This document shows positions 18,848 to 28,289 of a stretch of DNA of 64,000 nucleotides, one piece after another (position 1 is the first letter of the stretch; every line of letters starts with the position of its first letter). The DNA comes from an uncultured Candidatus Saccharibacteria bacterium. GTDB taxonomy: Bacteria; Patescibacteriota; Minisyncoccia; Phycocordibacterales; UBA2100. Under the pieces are notes generated by a model, which worked only from the letters and a program-made list of their open reading frames with translations, had not been told where the DNA came from and searched no databases. The stretch spans positions 129,037 through 193,036 of the forward strand of contig CAYYEX010000001.1 of NCBI GenBank assembly GCA_964471165.1, written 5' to 3'. Made by a program: the position numbers and the translations under genes.

Positions 18848-20551
18848 CTACGTAACGGAGAAATCGGGACTGGAGGAGGACGATGTTGACTGGAAGCCGC
18901 CGGCATCACCGCCGGTGATGGTTACGAAATCAGTGCCGCCGCCGAGGTTGGTTCCCAAGTCGATGGTGTCGAGTACTCCGCCAACGTCTGCCACATCGAA
19001 GTCCGTGGTGGACATCGTGACGCTGCAATCCTGAATCGAACTGGCGTCGTTGTTCGAGTTAATCGACATCAGCAACAACGCTGCGATGACGAACAATGCG
19101 CCCGAGTTATCGTCCGGTGCAGTCGTTGAGCTGGAGTCGCTCGAGACATACTCCGCGTGCTCCGCGCGCACGAAGTCACGATACGTACCACCAATCAGCG
19201 CGAGCGCACGAGCCATCAAGTTCGACTTGAACCCGGCCTTCTTCAGCAACTCCTCGGTATCGCGCAACAGGTGCACATTCTCGTCGTAGGTACCCGGCGT
19301 GAGCGTGAGCGACGCCGCGGTGGCGTAGTTATCCTTACCTGCTCCGTAATGATAACGACTCATCACCGTGAGCGCTTCTTCGTGCTTGCGCACGCGCTCA
19401 TCGTTCGTTCCCGGGAGGTTCAACAGTATCAGTGCTGCAATTCCTGATTCGTGCGAATCGCGGCGACCGGCCGCGATTAGCGCCTTCTCGAGTTCGTTGT
19501 GCGTAGTTGCAAGGGCAACCACTTCACCGGTACGACGAGCGAGTCGCGCACCGATGAAACCGATAATCTTCGACCGTAGTTTCCAGCCGCAGTCACCGAG
19601 CGCGACGCACATCGCGTTGAATCGCGAGTACTTTTCTTGTGCATTCCCACCGGGAATACCATAGATTGCCGCCGCTTCGGAGAGTGTCGACGCAGACGTG
19701 CCGTGACCGTCCGCAATCATGATTTCGTAGATTGCGAACACTTCGTCGCAAATTGTTGCGACCGCGCCGTTGTATGCGGCGATGGTCGCTGCAATTGGTA
19801 GCCGGTCATACGACTCGAATCCTGCGTGATAGATGCGTTCGTTTGCGTAGGTCACCCGAAGCAGTTTTTCCTCGAGGTCGTCGCCCGGCAGCATGCTGAC
19901 GGACAACGCGAACTGCTTCACCTGCGAATCATTGCTGAATCCGCGGGCGAGCAATGCCGTATCTGTTGCAACGAACGCGTCGATTCGCTTCTGCACCGCA
20001 GCGCGAACCTTCGCGAGCTCGTCGAGAAATGCATCGAGTTCCATATCGGCGACCCGCGCGATGCGTGCCTCCAAGAACCCTTTGATTTCCCTACCGAGCG
20101 GCGAGAGCCGAACGAACCGGCCGTCATCCAGCACGAGCTCGCCGAGCTCGTGACTGAGCTTTATCCGCGCTTCCTGCTCAAGCTTCGCCGTGTTCAATTC
20201 CAGCCCCAGCGCCCTTACCTTCGCGTTCTTGGTTTCAAGCTCGGTTTCGGTCTGCTTGATCCCGTCGTTGCCGACGTTCCAAATTGTGGACGCGATGCGA
20301 TAGGTGTTGGAACTCAGCCACCACTGCACATTGTCGCGGGCGGTGATTGCGGCCTTGAGCTGTGAGGCCAAGCGCCTGATGCGGTCGCCTTCGCTCACCA
20401 TCTTTGCAGTCTCCTGCTGCTGCCGCACGACGGTCTGCGTGTCGAGCGAAATCACGAGTCCATGCTCGTAGAGCACCTGCGCCGCACCATATTCTGGCAC
20501 CGAGATGCCTGATAGCGCGTTCAATGCCTCGAGCGCCTGCTTACTATTCAT
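18848..20551 (-). CDS. hypothetical large protein (coiled-coil N-terminus, C-terminal TM segment and S/T/G-rich tail)
   Basis: 567-aa ORF; no catalytic motif identified. Confidence 0.5.
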   Translation of the reverse strand: MNSKQALEALNALSGISVPEYGAAQVLYEHGLVISLDTQTVVRQQQETAKMVSEGDRIRRLASQLKAAITARDNVQWWLSSNTYRIASTIWNVGNDGIKQTETELETKNAKVRALGLELNTAKLEQEARIKLSHELGELVLDDGRFVRLSPLGREIKGFLEARIARVADMELDAFLDELAKVRAAVQKRIDAFVATDTALLARGFSNDSQVKQFALSVSMLPGDDLEEKLLRVTYANERIYHAGFESYDRLPIAATIAAYNGAVATICDEVFAIYEIMIADGHGTSASTLSEAAAIYGIPGGNAQEKYSRFNAMCVALGDCGWKLRSKIIGFIGARLARRTGEVVALATTHNELEKALIAAGRRDSHESGIAALILLNLPGTNDERVRKHEEALTVMSRYHYGAGKDNYATAASLTLTPGTYDENVHLLRDTEELLKKAGFKSNLMARALALIGGTYRDFVRAEHAEYVSSDSSSTTAPDDNSGALFVIAALLLMSINSNNDASSIQDCSVTMSTTDFDVADVGGVLDTIDLGTNLGGGTDFVTITGGDAGGFQSTSSSSSPDFSVT

Positions 20552-20643
20552 CCTCTATTCCCTTCTCATCCGTTATTTCAAGGTTTCAGAAAACGGCCTA
20601 TACAATGCCACAAAAGCGGCAATATGGCAAATGATTACTGGAA

Positions 20644-22161
20644 CTAAAAACTACTGGCCCCCGTCACCTCCATAACGCGGTATTGGATTGTTTTCAAAAG
20701 ACTCTCGTTTTTATACGTGTCGTATTCTGTTGAATATATTTTTCCGTCGGCGTTCGTCCAGGTTTCGTCGAAGAAGGCGTGAGCTTCCGCGATTGCTCTC
20801 ACCCGCTCTCCCGAAACAACCACATTACTCTCCAAATTGTAGTCGCCAATGTTTCGTCGTGTCAGATTCGCCGAACCCGCAATCATTGTTTCCAAAACAT
20901 CGGAATGAAATAGTAGGAGTTTACTGTGACACTGCTCCCCGTGCGTGTCGCACCATCGAATTTGTGTATTCCCTGTTGAATTCTTGAGGAGCTCATCAGC
21001 GACTTGTCTGTTTGGCACTCCATCTTTGTTTCGACCAAACGCATCCTTGTTCGGATCCAGCAGTACGCGCAACTGAACGCCGCGAGCGTCAGCGTTTTTT
21101 AGTGCTGCAATAACTTTGCGGTCAGATAGGTAGAACATTGCCATATCAAGTGTGTCTCCTCGCTTGAGCGCATAAATGTTTTTGAGTACGACGTCTCGAA
21201 TTGCCCCCTCCGTCACGAGTTGCACCGCCACGTCTCCCGTTTCATCTTTTATCTGAGCCGCAAACTGTGCCGGAACGCGCGTGAGAATGGTTCCTGAAAA
21301 ATCGGCGACTGCTCGTTCACTCTCTATCACATCGCGCCACAGTGCAGTACGGACTTTCACCGCCATGTTGCTATGTGCACTCGAGCCGTCGTGCGGATTC
21401 GCCGATGTAATGAGTGTTGCAATGCTGCTCTGTCCGCCAGAAACATAGTCGGCAACCACTACTTTGCGGTGATTTGCTTTAAAATTGAGGGCAGCAAGAT
21501 ATGGCCGTACTCCAAGTTTCGATTTTCGTGCATCAAGAATATTCGGCAAGAAACCGGGGATGTTTGTTGTGGGAATCCACTGAAAAACAGTGCGCCACGC
21601 ACCACTAAATACCGGATTACTATCGCGAAGCGCAGACAGGTTCGTCTCTGTGACAGAAATCCCTGCAGCGCGCAGCTGTTCAATCTGCAGCGACTCGTAT
21701 CCCCCATATATCCCGTTTACCGGGTCAGTAACCACGTGCACGAGCGCGCGGGGCCGCTGTCTCTTTTTTGCAATAAGCGCGTCAGTCAGTTCTTGGGAAA
21801 GCGCGCGGTGCGATGTGGTGGCGCTCCCGAGCATGTCGTTGAACAAAAACATGTCTACGAGCACGTATGACTCGGCGCCGTTAATCATGCGAAATATCTC
21901 GTCGAATATTTCCTGCTCCTGGTGCCGCATGCCGGCAGTATCTGTGTATGTGCGGTCTGCGAAAAATTGTACGCTTGCATTACTTACATTGCGCGCAGGC
22001 CAGGCAACACGCACACCCTTGGGGAGCGGCTTGAAGATTCCATAAACAGCGCCGATTGCAAACACGACAAACAACACGATTGCCGCCTTTTTGAACATGA
22101 GCACATCATACCGTCTCCACGGCGCACATTGTGCCGCCGCGGTATATCCCATGTGATACAC
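20644..22161 (-). CDS. phospholipase D-family protein with two HKD motifs (cardiolipin-synthase-like), membrane anchored
   Basis: HRKVVVAD...SANPHD and HSKLLLFHSD...GSANLT HKD motifs; TM helix near the N-terminus (alternative start ATG at 22098, MFKKAAIVLF). Confidence 0.8.
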   Translation of the reverse strand: MYHMGYTAAAQCAPWRRYDVLMFKKAAIVLFVVFAIGAVYGIFKPLPKGVRVAWPARNVSNASVQFFADRTYTDTAGMRHQEQEIFDEIFRMINGAESYVLVDMFLFNDMLGSATTSHRALSQELTDALIAKKRQRPRALVHVVTDPVNGIYGGYESLQIEQLRAAGISVTETNLSALRDSNPVFSGAWRTVFQWIPTTNIPGFLPNILDARKSKLGVRPYLAALNFKANHRKVVVADYVSGGQSSIATLITSANPHDGSSAHSNMAVKVRTALWRDVIESERAVADFSGTILTRVPAQFAAQIKDETGDVAVQLVTEGAIRDVVLKNIYALKRGDTLDMAMFYLSDRKVIAALKNADARGVQLRVLLDPNKDAFGRNKDGVPNRQVADELLKNSTGNTQIRWCDTHGEQCHSKLLLFHSDVLETMIAGSANLTRRNIGDYNLESNVVVSGERVRAIAEAHAFFDETWTNADGKIYSTEYDTYKNESLLKTIQYRVMEVTGASSF

Positions 22162-22221
22162 ACAGAAATAGTCCGTGTGGTGTATTCAGCAGAAATATCA
22201 CACGAGGTATACTCTGTGTAT

Positions 22222-23298
22222 ATGACTATCCGTATTTCATACGCATTATTCGTGGCAGTTTTAATAGGAGTTCTCGCCACGGCAACAGTTGCCTCTGCGG
22301 CAGTGTCGTGTCCAACAATTACCCGTACACTGAAATACGGTTCGCGTGGTGCCGATGTGACAACACTCCAAACATATCTTGCCAGTAGCAAAGACTTTTA
22401 TCCGGAGGCGGCGATAACCGGATTCTTCGGCCGCGCAACGGAAAAAGCAGTGCAGCGCTTCCAAGCAGCACAGAATATTGTTTCGAGCGGCACAGCCGCT
22501 TCTACGGGCTACGGCTCCGTGGGAGCTAAAACCCGTGCAGCACTCGCAGCATGCAATACGAGCGCAGCGAACGGAACCGCCCTCAACACTCCCGCTACCG
22601 TTGCAACATCTTCAGCAGCAGTGCCACCTGTCACCACGACTCCGCTCGTTCCCGTAACACCGATTGTTCCCAGTGCTCCACTAGTCACGTTTACCGATGG
22701 CGCCACAACAACAGTCACATACGGGGTCGGTCCAATGCCGACAATCAATACCTTTAATCTCGCGCCGAGAATCGTCGACCTTACCAACGACAGTGCGAAC
22801 ATGTACTGGACGTCGTCTAACACTGTTACCTGCAGTGCGGAAAAGTGGAACGGGAGTGGCTACACCGCCGTTTCCGAAAACGTGGGGGTTAATGGCAGTG
22901 TGAACCTTGTTGTCGCCGAAGGTCCGACGACATTCTCATTGAAATGTGTTGGCATCGGAAATAACAGCTCATCTTCCCCCACCACAATTCGCCGTGACGT
23001 CGCAGTACAAATCGCTCATCCAAAACCATCGTGCACCATAAAAACCGACAAAGAAGCGTATGTATACGCAAAAGACTCGATTATCATGTCGTGGACAACA
23101 GTTGGTGCCGACAATATTACGTGGGTCCATGGAGCAGGCACCGACCCTGTGTCCCTTCCATACGGAAATCAGTATCAATCGGGCTCACTCATGCTTTCAA
23201 GCATCGCAGGAAGTAGCCAAACAGTGACGATGAACGTATCCGGCTATGGCGGTAGCGCCACATGCTCAAAAACCTTCTCAATTGTCTCCGCGAGCTAG
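22222..23298 (+). CDS. secreted protein with N-terminal peptidoglycan-binding (PG_binding_1-like) domain and Thr/Pro-rich linker
   Basis: internal ATG 22222 (MTIRISYALFVAVL signal peptide); LKYGSRGADVTTLQTYL...ATEKAVQRFQAAQNI resembles PG-binding repeat. Confidence 0.6.
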   Translation: MTIRISYALFVAVLIGVLATATVASAAVSCPTITRTLKYGSRGADVTTLQTYLASSKDFYPEAAITGFFGRATEKAVQRFQAAQNIVSSGTAASTGYGSVGAKTRAALAACNTSAANGTALNTPATVATSSAAVPPVTTTPLVPVTPIVPSAPLVTFTDGATTTVTYGVGPMPTINTFNLAPRIVDLTNDSANMYWTSSNTVTCSAEKWNGSGYTAVSENVGVNGSVNLVVAEGPTTFSLKCVGIGNNSSSSPTTIRRDVAVQIAHPKPSCTIKTDKEAYVYAKDSIIMSWTTVGADNITWVHGAGTDPVSLPYGNQYQSGSLMLSSIAGSSQTVTMNVSGYGGSATCSKTFSIVSAS

Positions 23299-23301
23299 AC
23301 A

Positions 23302-26010
23302 TCACTCAACATCGAGCGTAAAGCTTGTCGGAATCACTGTGCCACCTACGTTAATCTGTGCCCACACGGTGTATCGTCCGGAAGTTGGAAACAGCACATG
23401 TGCTTCAAAATTCGGTCCGAACGTGGCGGGTGCGACCATGGTTGCCATGGAGTGAATAATCTTTCCATTTTTGATGGCGATTGGTGGATATGGAGTACCA
23501 GGTGGGTGGTATTCACCATGGGTATGAATAAATGCGGAGAGGTCGTTTTTCACAACCGAGATGTGCGAGACTGCCGAAAGATATGGTTGCATATCTGTGA
23601 CAGGCGTACCATTTTTGGCAACGCTGAACGAAAGCGTGGTCACCTCGCCCGCTCCTGCACCGCTTGAATCCATCGTCACGGTGTATCCTTCAAAAACTCC
23701 GGGAGAACTGTACGTGCGCGGCGTTTTGTCCATTCGCCCGCCTCCCTCTACTTGCACAGTGAATTGCTTTGACTCCAGCTGTGTGCCGTGTGCAAAGTCG
23801 ACCGAAACGAGATAGGTTCCCGCTTTCGGGAATGTGTAGTTCACCGTAAACGTCGACGCATCAATGTCCTCCTGTGTGAGAGGGCGCACGTCATCCGGGT
23901 GGATGTGGGCAAACACACTCTCATCTTCACTGACAATCACTGCATGCAGATACTTTTCCATATCGACAAGCAGCGTCGCGGGTGAACCATCGGAATCTGT
24001 AAGTGTGAATGTGAGTTCGGTGGGAATCTGCGCACGAATGACTTTCGGGTGTGTTGCGAGTGCAACCTGCGCCGCAGTGAACGAATTCAGATAATAGTAT
24101 TCACGCGCATCTGAAAACTGATAGAAGTACTGACCCATGCCCCACATACAGCCCTCACGCGCTTCAGCTGAAACAGGAACACCTGCATATGTTGGTTGCA
24201 TCATGTGCCACATATTGCCGTCGCTCACACACGCAAGTGCAAATTCATTTTTAAACAAAGCTGATACTCCCGCGGCCACTGTAAGCATGACTACCGATAC
24301 ACACACGAATCCCACAACCGCGCGCGTCCCCGCATGCCGCAGCTCAATGTCGCCAAACCGGGGCCCTGCGAAGCGCAACAGCGCGGCGTAACCCACACCC
24401 GTGAGCGAGAGTAAAATCATGCACGTCGTAAAGAGGTCGAATGTTCGACCGTGTCCGACGGGTTTTGCAAATGACTCCGACGAGAGCTCAAACGATGCCT
24501 GTGCGTCGTATGCATCTGCACGAGGAACAATCACTGTTACGAGTTTTGTTTCCGTGCCGATAAGCGCGGAAGGAAATACATATCCACCCACGAATCGCTG
24601 CACGAGTGCGGGCTGCAATCCGCCCTCACGCGCCCCAATCACAACGGTTGGAAACGTGTGCGTGCCTTCAATCGTGAGCAGTGTCATGCCGTCTTCGTAT
24701 ATGGAGCGTTCAAGCGCAATGCGTGTTCCTTGGTCAGTCACAGAAAACGCTCGCACAGCATCATGTGGTGGTGGCGAGGTAATGATTACTACCGACGAGA
24801 AGAACACCACGAATGCCGCCGCAGCAGTTGCCGCACCCAATGTTGCCGCGAGATACTTCTTAACCGAGCGCGGTCGCCTCCAGAGCCCGAACACATGATA
24901 GGAGTGCAGTGCAATAAGAACAGCCGCACAGACCAGCAGTGGCAAAAAAGCCTGCCCCCATGCACTGCCCACAATATTCGAAAAACTTTTTAGATGCAGC
25001 CACACAATGTATCCGGCGCTCGCACTCAGTAGAGCAAGATTTGCAGACAAAAGCGCGAATGTGCGCGGCAGTAACTCAGGCACCAGCGCTTCACGCTGCC
25101 GCGATGCAAAAAGCACGCACAGCACAAGAAGTACGCCGAGCCAGAGGTCTTTTTCAATCACGTGTACAAAGTTCACCGCAATCGAAAACTCAGTATGGAA
25201 CGGATTTGCTGTTGCATGGCTGATGAGCGCTCGAAAATACGCAAACACGATGAGTGGCACACCCAGTATCACAAGCGTCGTTCTGCGACTTCTGAAAGCG
25301 AACAACGCTGCGAGCACACCACCGAGCGTAAGCGCAATACCACGAACAATTGTTGAATGCCCCGCAACGGTATGTGTATATAAATGCAATGCTTCCCAAA
25401 TGCCGACGCCGTGCAGGCCCGCAAGTTGATGCGACTTCAGGAGGAGCTGTCCGCACGCACCAAGAAACGCAAAGACTGCGCCAAAGAGTGCGAGGACAAA
25501 AAAGTATTTTCTCAGGCGCGAATCTGGCCACAAGAGATAGAGCGCGAAAACTCCCCACAGTATGCTGTTACCCAAGAACTCGACAAACGTGAGCCCCGCT
25601 TCGGAAGTGCTCGCAATCATTACAACCTCCTCGTTCAACGACGTTGGGGCAACACGAGAGCCAACAGAAAACGCATACGACCCGCGTGTAAAGTGACCAT
25701 CGTCTTTTGAAACAACGCTCCACGTAATTGCATAAATCCCCTCTAGTGCTTTGAGCGGTACAGTGAGCGAGTAGCCGTCTGCACTCACCTGCGCCATTCC
25801 CTCCTCTACGCGTTCACCCGCTTCGTTCGTTACTTTGATACGACTCGAGCCAGACTCGAGTCGCTCACTAAAACGAATCTGTATCACCGTGGGGGCTGAT
25901 TCCAGTTGTGCGCCTGAGTGCGGCTGCATTTCCACTGGTGAAGCATGGGCAGAGACTGCAAGCGGTATCGAAAACAGTACGAAGACTATTGTTGGAATTA
26001 TTTTTTTCAT
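23302..26010 (-). CDS. ycnJ: YcnJ-like copper importer: CopC domain + CopD polytopic membrane domain + C-terminal YtkA-like domains
   Basis: 902 aa; signal peptide then mature N-terminal His (AVSA|HASPV), CopC signature ...GIYAITWSVVSKDDGHFTRGSYAFSV, about 8 TM helices, C-terminal His-rich beta domains (AHIHPDD, IHTHGEYHPPG). Confidence 0.8.
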   Translation of the reverse strand: MKKIIPTIVFVLFSIPLAVSAHASPVEMQPHSGAQLESAPTVIQIRFSERLESGSSRIKVTNEAGERVEEGMAQVSADGYSLTVPLKALEGIYAITWSVVSKDDGHFTRGSYAFSVGSRVAPTSLNEEVVMIASTSEAGLTFVEFLGNSILWGVFALYLLWPDSRLRKYFFVLALFGAVFAFLGACGQLLLKSHQLAGLHGVGIWEALHLYTHTVAGHSTIVRGIALTLGGVLAALFAFRSRRTTLVILGVPLIVFAYFRALISHATANPFHTEFSIAVNFVHVIEKDLWLGVLLVLCVLFASRQREALVPELLPRTFALLSANLALLSASAGYIVWLHLKSFSNIVGSAWGQAFLPLLVCAAVLIALHSYHVFGLWRRPRSVKKYLAATLGAATAAAAFVVFFSSVVIITSPPPHDAVRAFSVTDQGTRIALERSIYEDGMTLLTIEGTHTFPTVVIGAREGGLQPALVQRFVGGYVFPSALIGTETKLVTVIVPRADAYDAQASFELSSESFAKPVGHGRTFDLFTTCMILLSLTGVGYAALLRFAGPRFGDIELRHAGTRAVVGFVCVSVVMLTVAAGVSALFKNEFALACVSDGNMWHMMQPTYAGVPVSAEAREGCMWGMGQYFYQFSDAREYYYLNSFTAAQVALATHPKVIRAQIPTELTFTLTDSDGSPATLLVDMEKYLHAVIVSEDESVFAHIHPDDVRPLTQEDIDASTFTVNYTFPKAGTYLVSVDFAHGTQLESKQFTVQVEGGGRMDKTPRTYSSPGVFEGYTVTMDSSGAGAGEVTTLSFSVAKNGTPVTDMQPYLSAVSHISVVKNDLSAFIHTHGEYHPPGTPYPPIAIKNGKIIHSMATMVAPATFGPNFEAHVLFPTSGRYTVWAQINVGGTVIPTSFTLDVE

Positions 26011-26054
26011 ATGAACCGTACCCGGAGGGGATTCAATCCCCTCCGGGTAAAAAA

Positions 26055-26693
26055 TTACTTTCTGCGCACGATTGCTGCGCCAAGCGCGATAGCCGAGATA
26101 ACAAGTGCCGCAAACGGAACCATAGAATTACCCTCTGTTTCTTTTAGAGACTGGATATCTGCAGAGGTTTCTGGGAAACCAAGTTCGGCCTTTGCCCCGG
26201 GGCATCCGAATCCACCCGTCTTTGATATACGGGCCACGCCGTCGGAAACTTCGACCCTCGTCTTGTCTTCGGTCGCCTCAGCATGACCGGCGGCCTGACA
26301 AGTGAACGTTGCGTTGAATGGAGTCCCTGCAATTTCACCGAATACGCGATACGAAAGCGTTGTCGCGACCGTCGGGAAGAACGGAGCTTTGTATGAACCA
26401 GGGGTGTTGTACACCGTATCAAGCTCCACCTCTTTCTTTTTGTCACCTGCAATCAGCTCAACCTTCAGTGTGTCCTGCAGACCTTCAACGGGCTTCTTGT
26501 CGGAGACAGTGGAAACCCGCAGGTCAACACCACTCTTATCGTCTACTACGAGCGGCTCATTGAGAGACCCAATGACCACCTGATACTGTGTGCCCTTAAT
26601 TTCGAATACTTGCACCTCGTGTGCACTTGCGACCAATGGCGTCGCGAGCATGAGCGCGAGCACCAACGGTACCGCGACAATGACTTTTTTCAT
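26055..26693 (-). CDS. secreted protein with mature N-terminal His and C-terminal TM anchor (possible YcnI/DUF1775-like copper-binding protein)
   Basis: start at second ATG (MKKVIVAV); signal peptide ...VASA|HEVQV; C-terminal hydrophobic anchor; sits next to ycnJ-like gene as in B. subtilis ycnI-ycnJ. Confidence 0.4.
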   Translation of the reverse strand: MKKVIVAVPLVLALMLATPLVASAHEVQVFEIKGTQYQVVIGSLNEPLVVDDKSGVDLRVSTVSDKKPVEGLQDTLKVELIAGDKKKEVELDTVYNTPGSYKAPFFPTVATTLSYRVFGEIAGTPFNATFTCQAAGHAEATEDKTRVEVSDGVARISKTGGFGCPGAKAELGFPETSADIQSLKETEGNSMVPFAALVISAIALGAAIVRRK

Positions 26694-26729
26694 TATTGTA
26701 CGTTTAGTTGAATAGAAAAGAATTTCCAC

Positions 26730-27047
26730 TCAGCCGAACTTTCTGTGAGGCAGTATCCCGCGCCGAAGCGCGTTTGTAATTGTATCGACGTGAATTCGTC
26801 TGTTTGCCGGAATATTCGCACTCAACACGATGAGCACGATACCGACGACTGTGAGTAGATTGAAAACGGGCAGCGCCTTTTTATCGTCGTGACGAAGCGA
26901 GGCGTGAAGTGATTGCCACGCAGTACTCTCTCCGGCTTCGTGATGATTCGTATGCTCGTGACTCACGAGCGCATGCATTGTCCCGCCAAACAAAAGTGAA
27001 CCCGCGAGTATCGCTCCGAATACAATCGCTGCTATTCGCTGCAACAT
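26730..27047 (-). CDS. small 2-TM membrane protein with His-rich loop (HEHTNHHE)
   Basis: 105-aa ORF ending 37 nt upstream of the YcnI-like gene start (26693); histidine cluster suggests metal binding. Confidence 0.4.
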   Translation of the reverse strand: MLQRIAAIVFGAILAGSLLFGGTMHALVSHEHTNHHEAGESTAWQSLHASLRHDDKKALPVFNLLTVVGIVLIVLSANIPANRRIHVDTITNALRRGILPHRKFG

Positions 27048-27080
27048 AGGCCAGAGTATACCCGATGGAATTAGCGCAGC

Positions 27081-28223
27081 TTAGCGCCACTCGCTGAGCA
27101 TCTTTCCTTTGATTCCGATTGCTGCACCGATACCAATGAGCGTGACTACTCCGGTAATGAACACGCCCACATACGGAATCGAGCCGGCAACAAAGAAGAT
27201 AATTGTTCCTGTGAGGATTGTTTTCCAACTGACTTCATATTCCTGCTGTTTGAATATGAATTTGTGCACGGTGCTCCCGATAATAATCGGTGTGAGCATC
27301 GTGCCCACAATCATCATCGCAGCAAACCCAAGCAGGCCGAGAGTACCGAACGCGATGCCAACTACGGTAAAAAGCAACAAGACTGAAACGACAGGCGTTA
27401 CGATGAAAAACACAACACCTCTGCCAAATTCAGCAAGTGTCCTTTTTGTCGCGCGCTGCACGAGTTCATCGGAATATCTTTGGAATACGTAGCCAATAAC
27501 GAGCGCCCCAGCAAAGACCATGAGTATTTTTGCTACAATCCAAATCGAAAACACGGCCACCAGTCCAAGCTTCGCAGCTTCTCGCACATCTGGGCTTTTT
27601 GTATAGGCAGTCTCACCAATCACCAGCGCCCCACCCTCGATTACTGCAGGTTTCGGTGATTTGTATGTAAGCGTGCCGCCAATACGCGCTTTTGGCCCCA
27701 GCGTGATGCTCTCCGCCTGAATATCGACGTTTCCATTGATTGAATTGTTGATGCGAATGTCTCCACCAGCAATATGTGCATCGCCTGCGATTAGTGAATC
27801 AATTCGCACAGAACCGCCTGCAAGCGATATGTCGCCACCGACTTTCGTACCAGAGAGTGTGAGCTGTCCACCTGCGGCAATCACGTCGCCTGTCACCACT
27901 CCTTGAATCACAACCGTGCCTCCTCCAACACGCACATCATCACCCACATCTGAAAGAATCGTCACACTCCCTCCGCCCGCTGCGATATCTGCGCTCACGG
28001 GTCCGTTAATGAGAATATTGCCACCAAAGGTAACAAGATCCCCCTTCACGGTTCCCGAACTCGAAATCGAGCCGCCGAGCAGGTAGAGGTCGTCGGACAC
28101 TGATTCCCCGGCCGCGTGCGAGGGGCTATTCCCGGTACGTATTTCAGAGGCAAGCGCAAAAACTGGCAGGAGCAACACTGTCGAAGTAAAGAAAACGGCA
28201 AACGAGCGTGAGCGTGTAGTCAT
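27081..28223 (-). CDS. secreted/membrane protein with beta-helical bactofilin-like (polymer-forming cytoskeletal) repeats and C-terminal 4-TM domain
   Basis: start at ATG 28223 (MTTRSRSFAVFF signal); many GD/GG(x)V(x)I repeats (GGSVTILSDVGDDVRVGGGTVVIQGVVTGDV...). Confidence 0.5.
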   Translation of the reverse strand: MTTRSRSFAVFFTSTVLLLPVFALASEIRTGNSPSHAAGESVSDDLYLLGGSISSSGTVKGDLVTFGGNILINGPVSADIAAGGGSVTILSDVGDDVRVGGGTVVIQGVVTGDVIAAGGQLTLSGTKVGGDISLAGGSVRIDSLIAGDAHIAGGDIRINNSINGNVDIQAESITLGPKARIGGTLTYKSPKPAVIEGGALVIGETAYTKSPDVREAAKLGLVAVFSIWIVAKILMVFAGALVIGYVFQRYSDELVQRATKRTLAEFGRGVVFFIVTPVVSVLLLFTVVGIAFGTLGLLGFAAMMIVGTMLTPIIIGSTVHKFIFKQQEYEVSWKTILTGTIIFFVAGSIPYVGVFITGVVTLIGIGAAIGIKGKMLSEWR

Positions 28224-28289
28224 GCAATGCATTCTACCTCCCGTACAGGACGCCGCAATTGACACAAAATTGGGGTACACTTCAAGCCC

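Noticed and set aside
21922-22221. 100-aa N-terminal extension of the PG-binding protein ORF
   Set aside because: Overlaps the divergent PLD gene start region. Signal peptide begins at internal ATG 22222.
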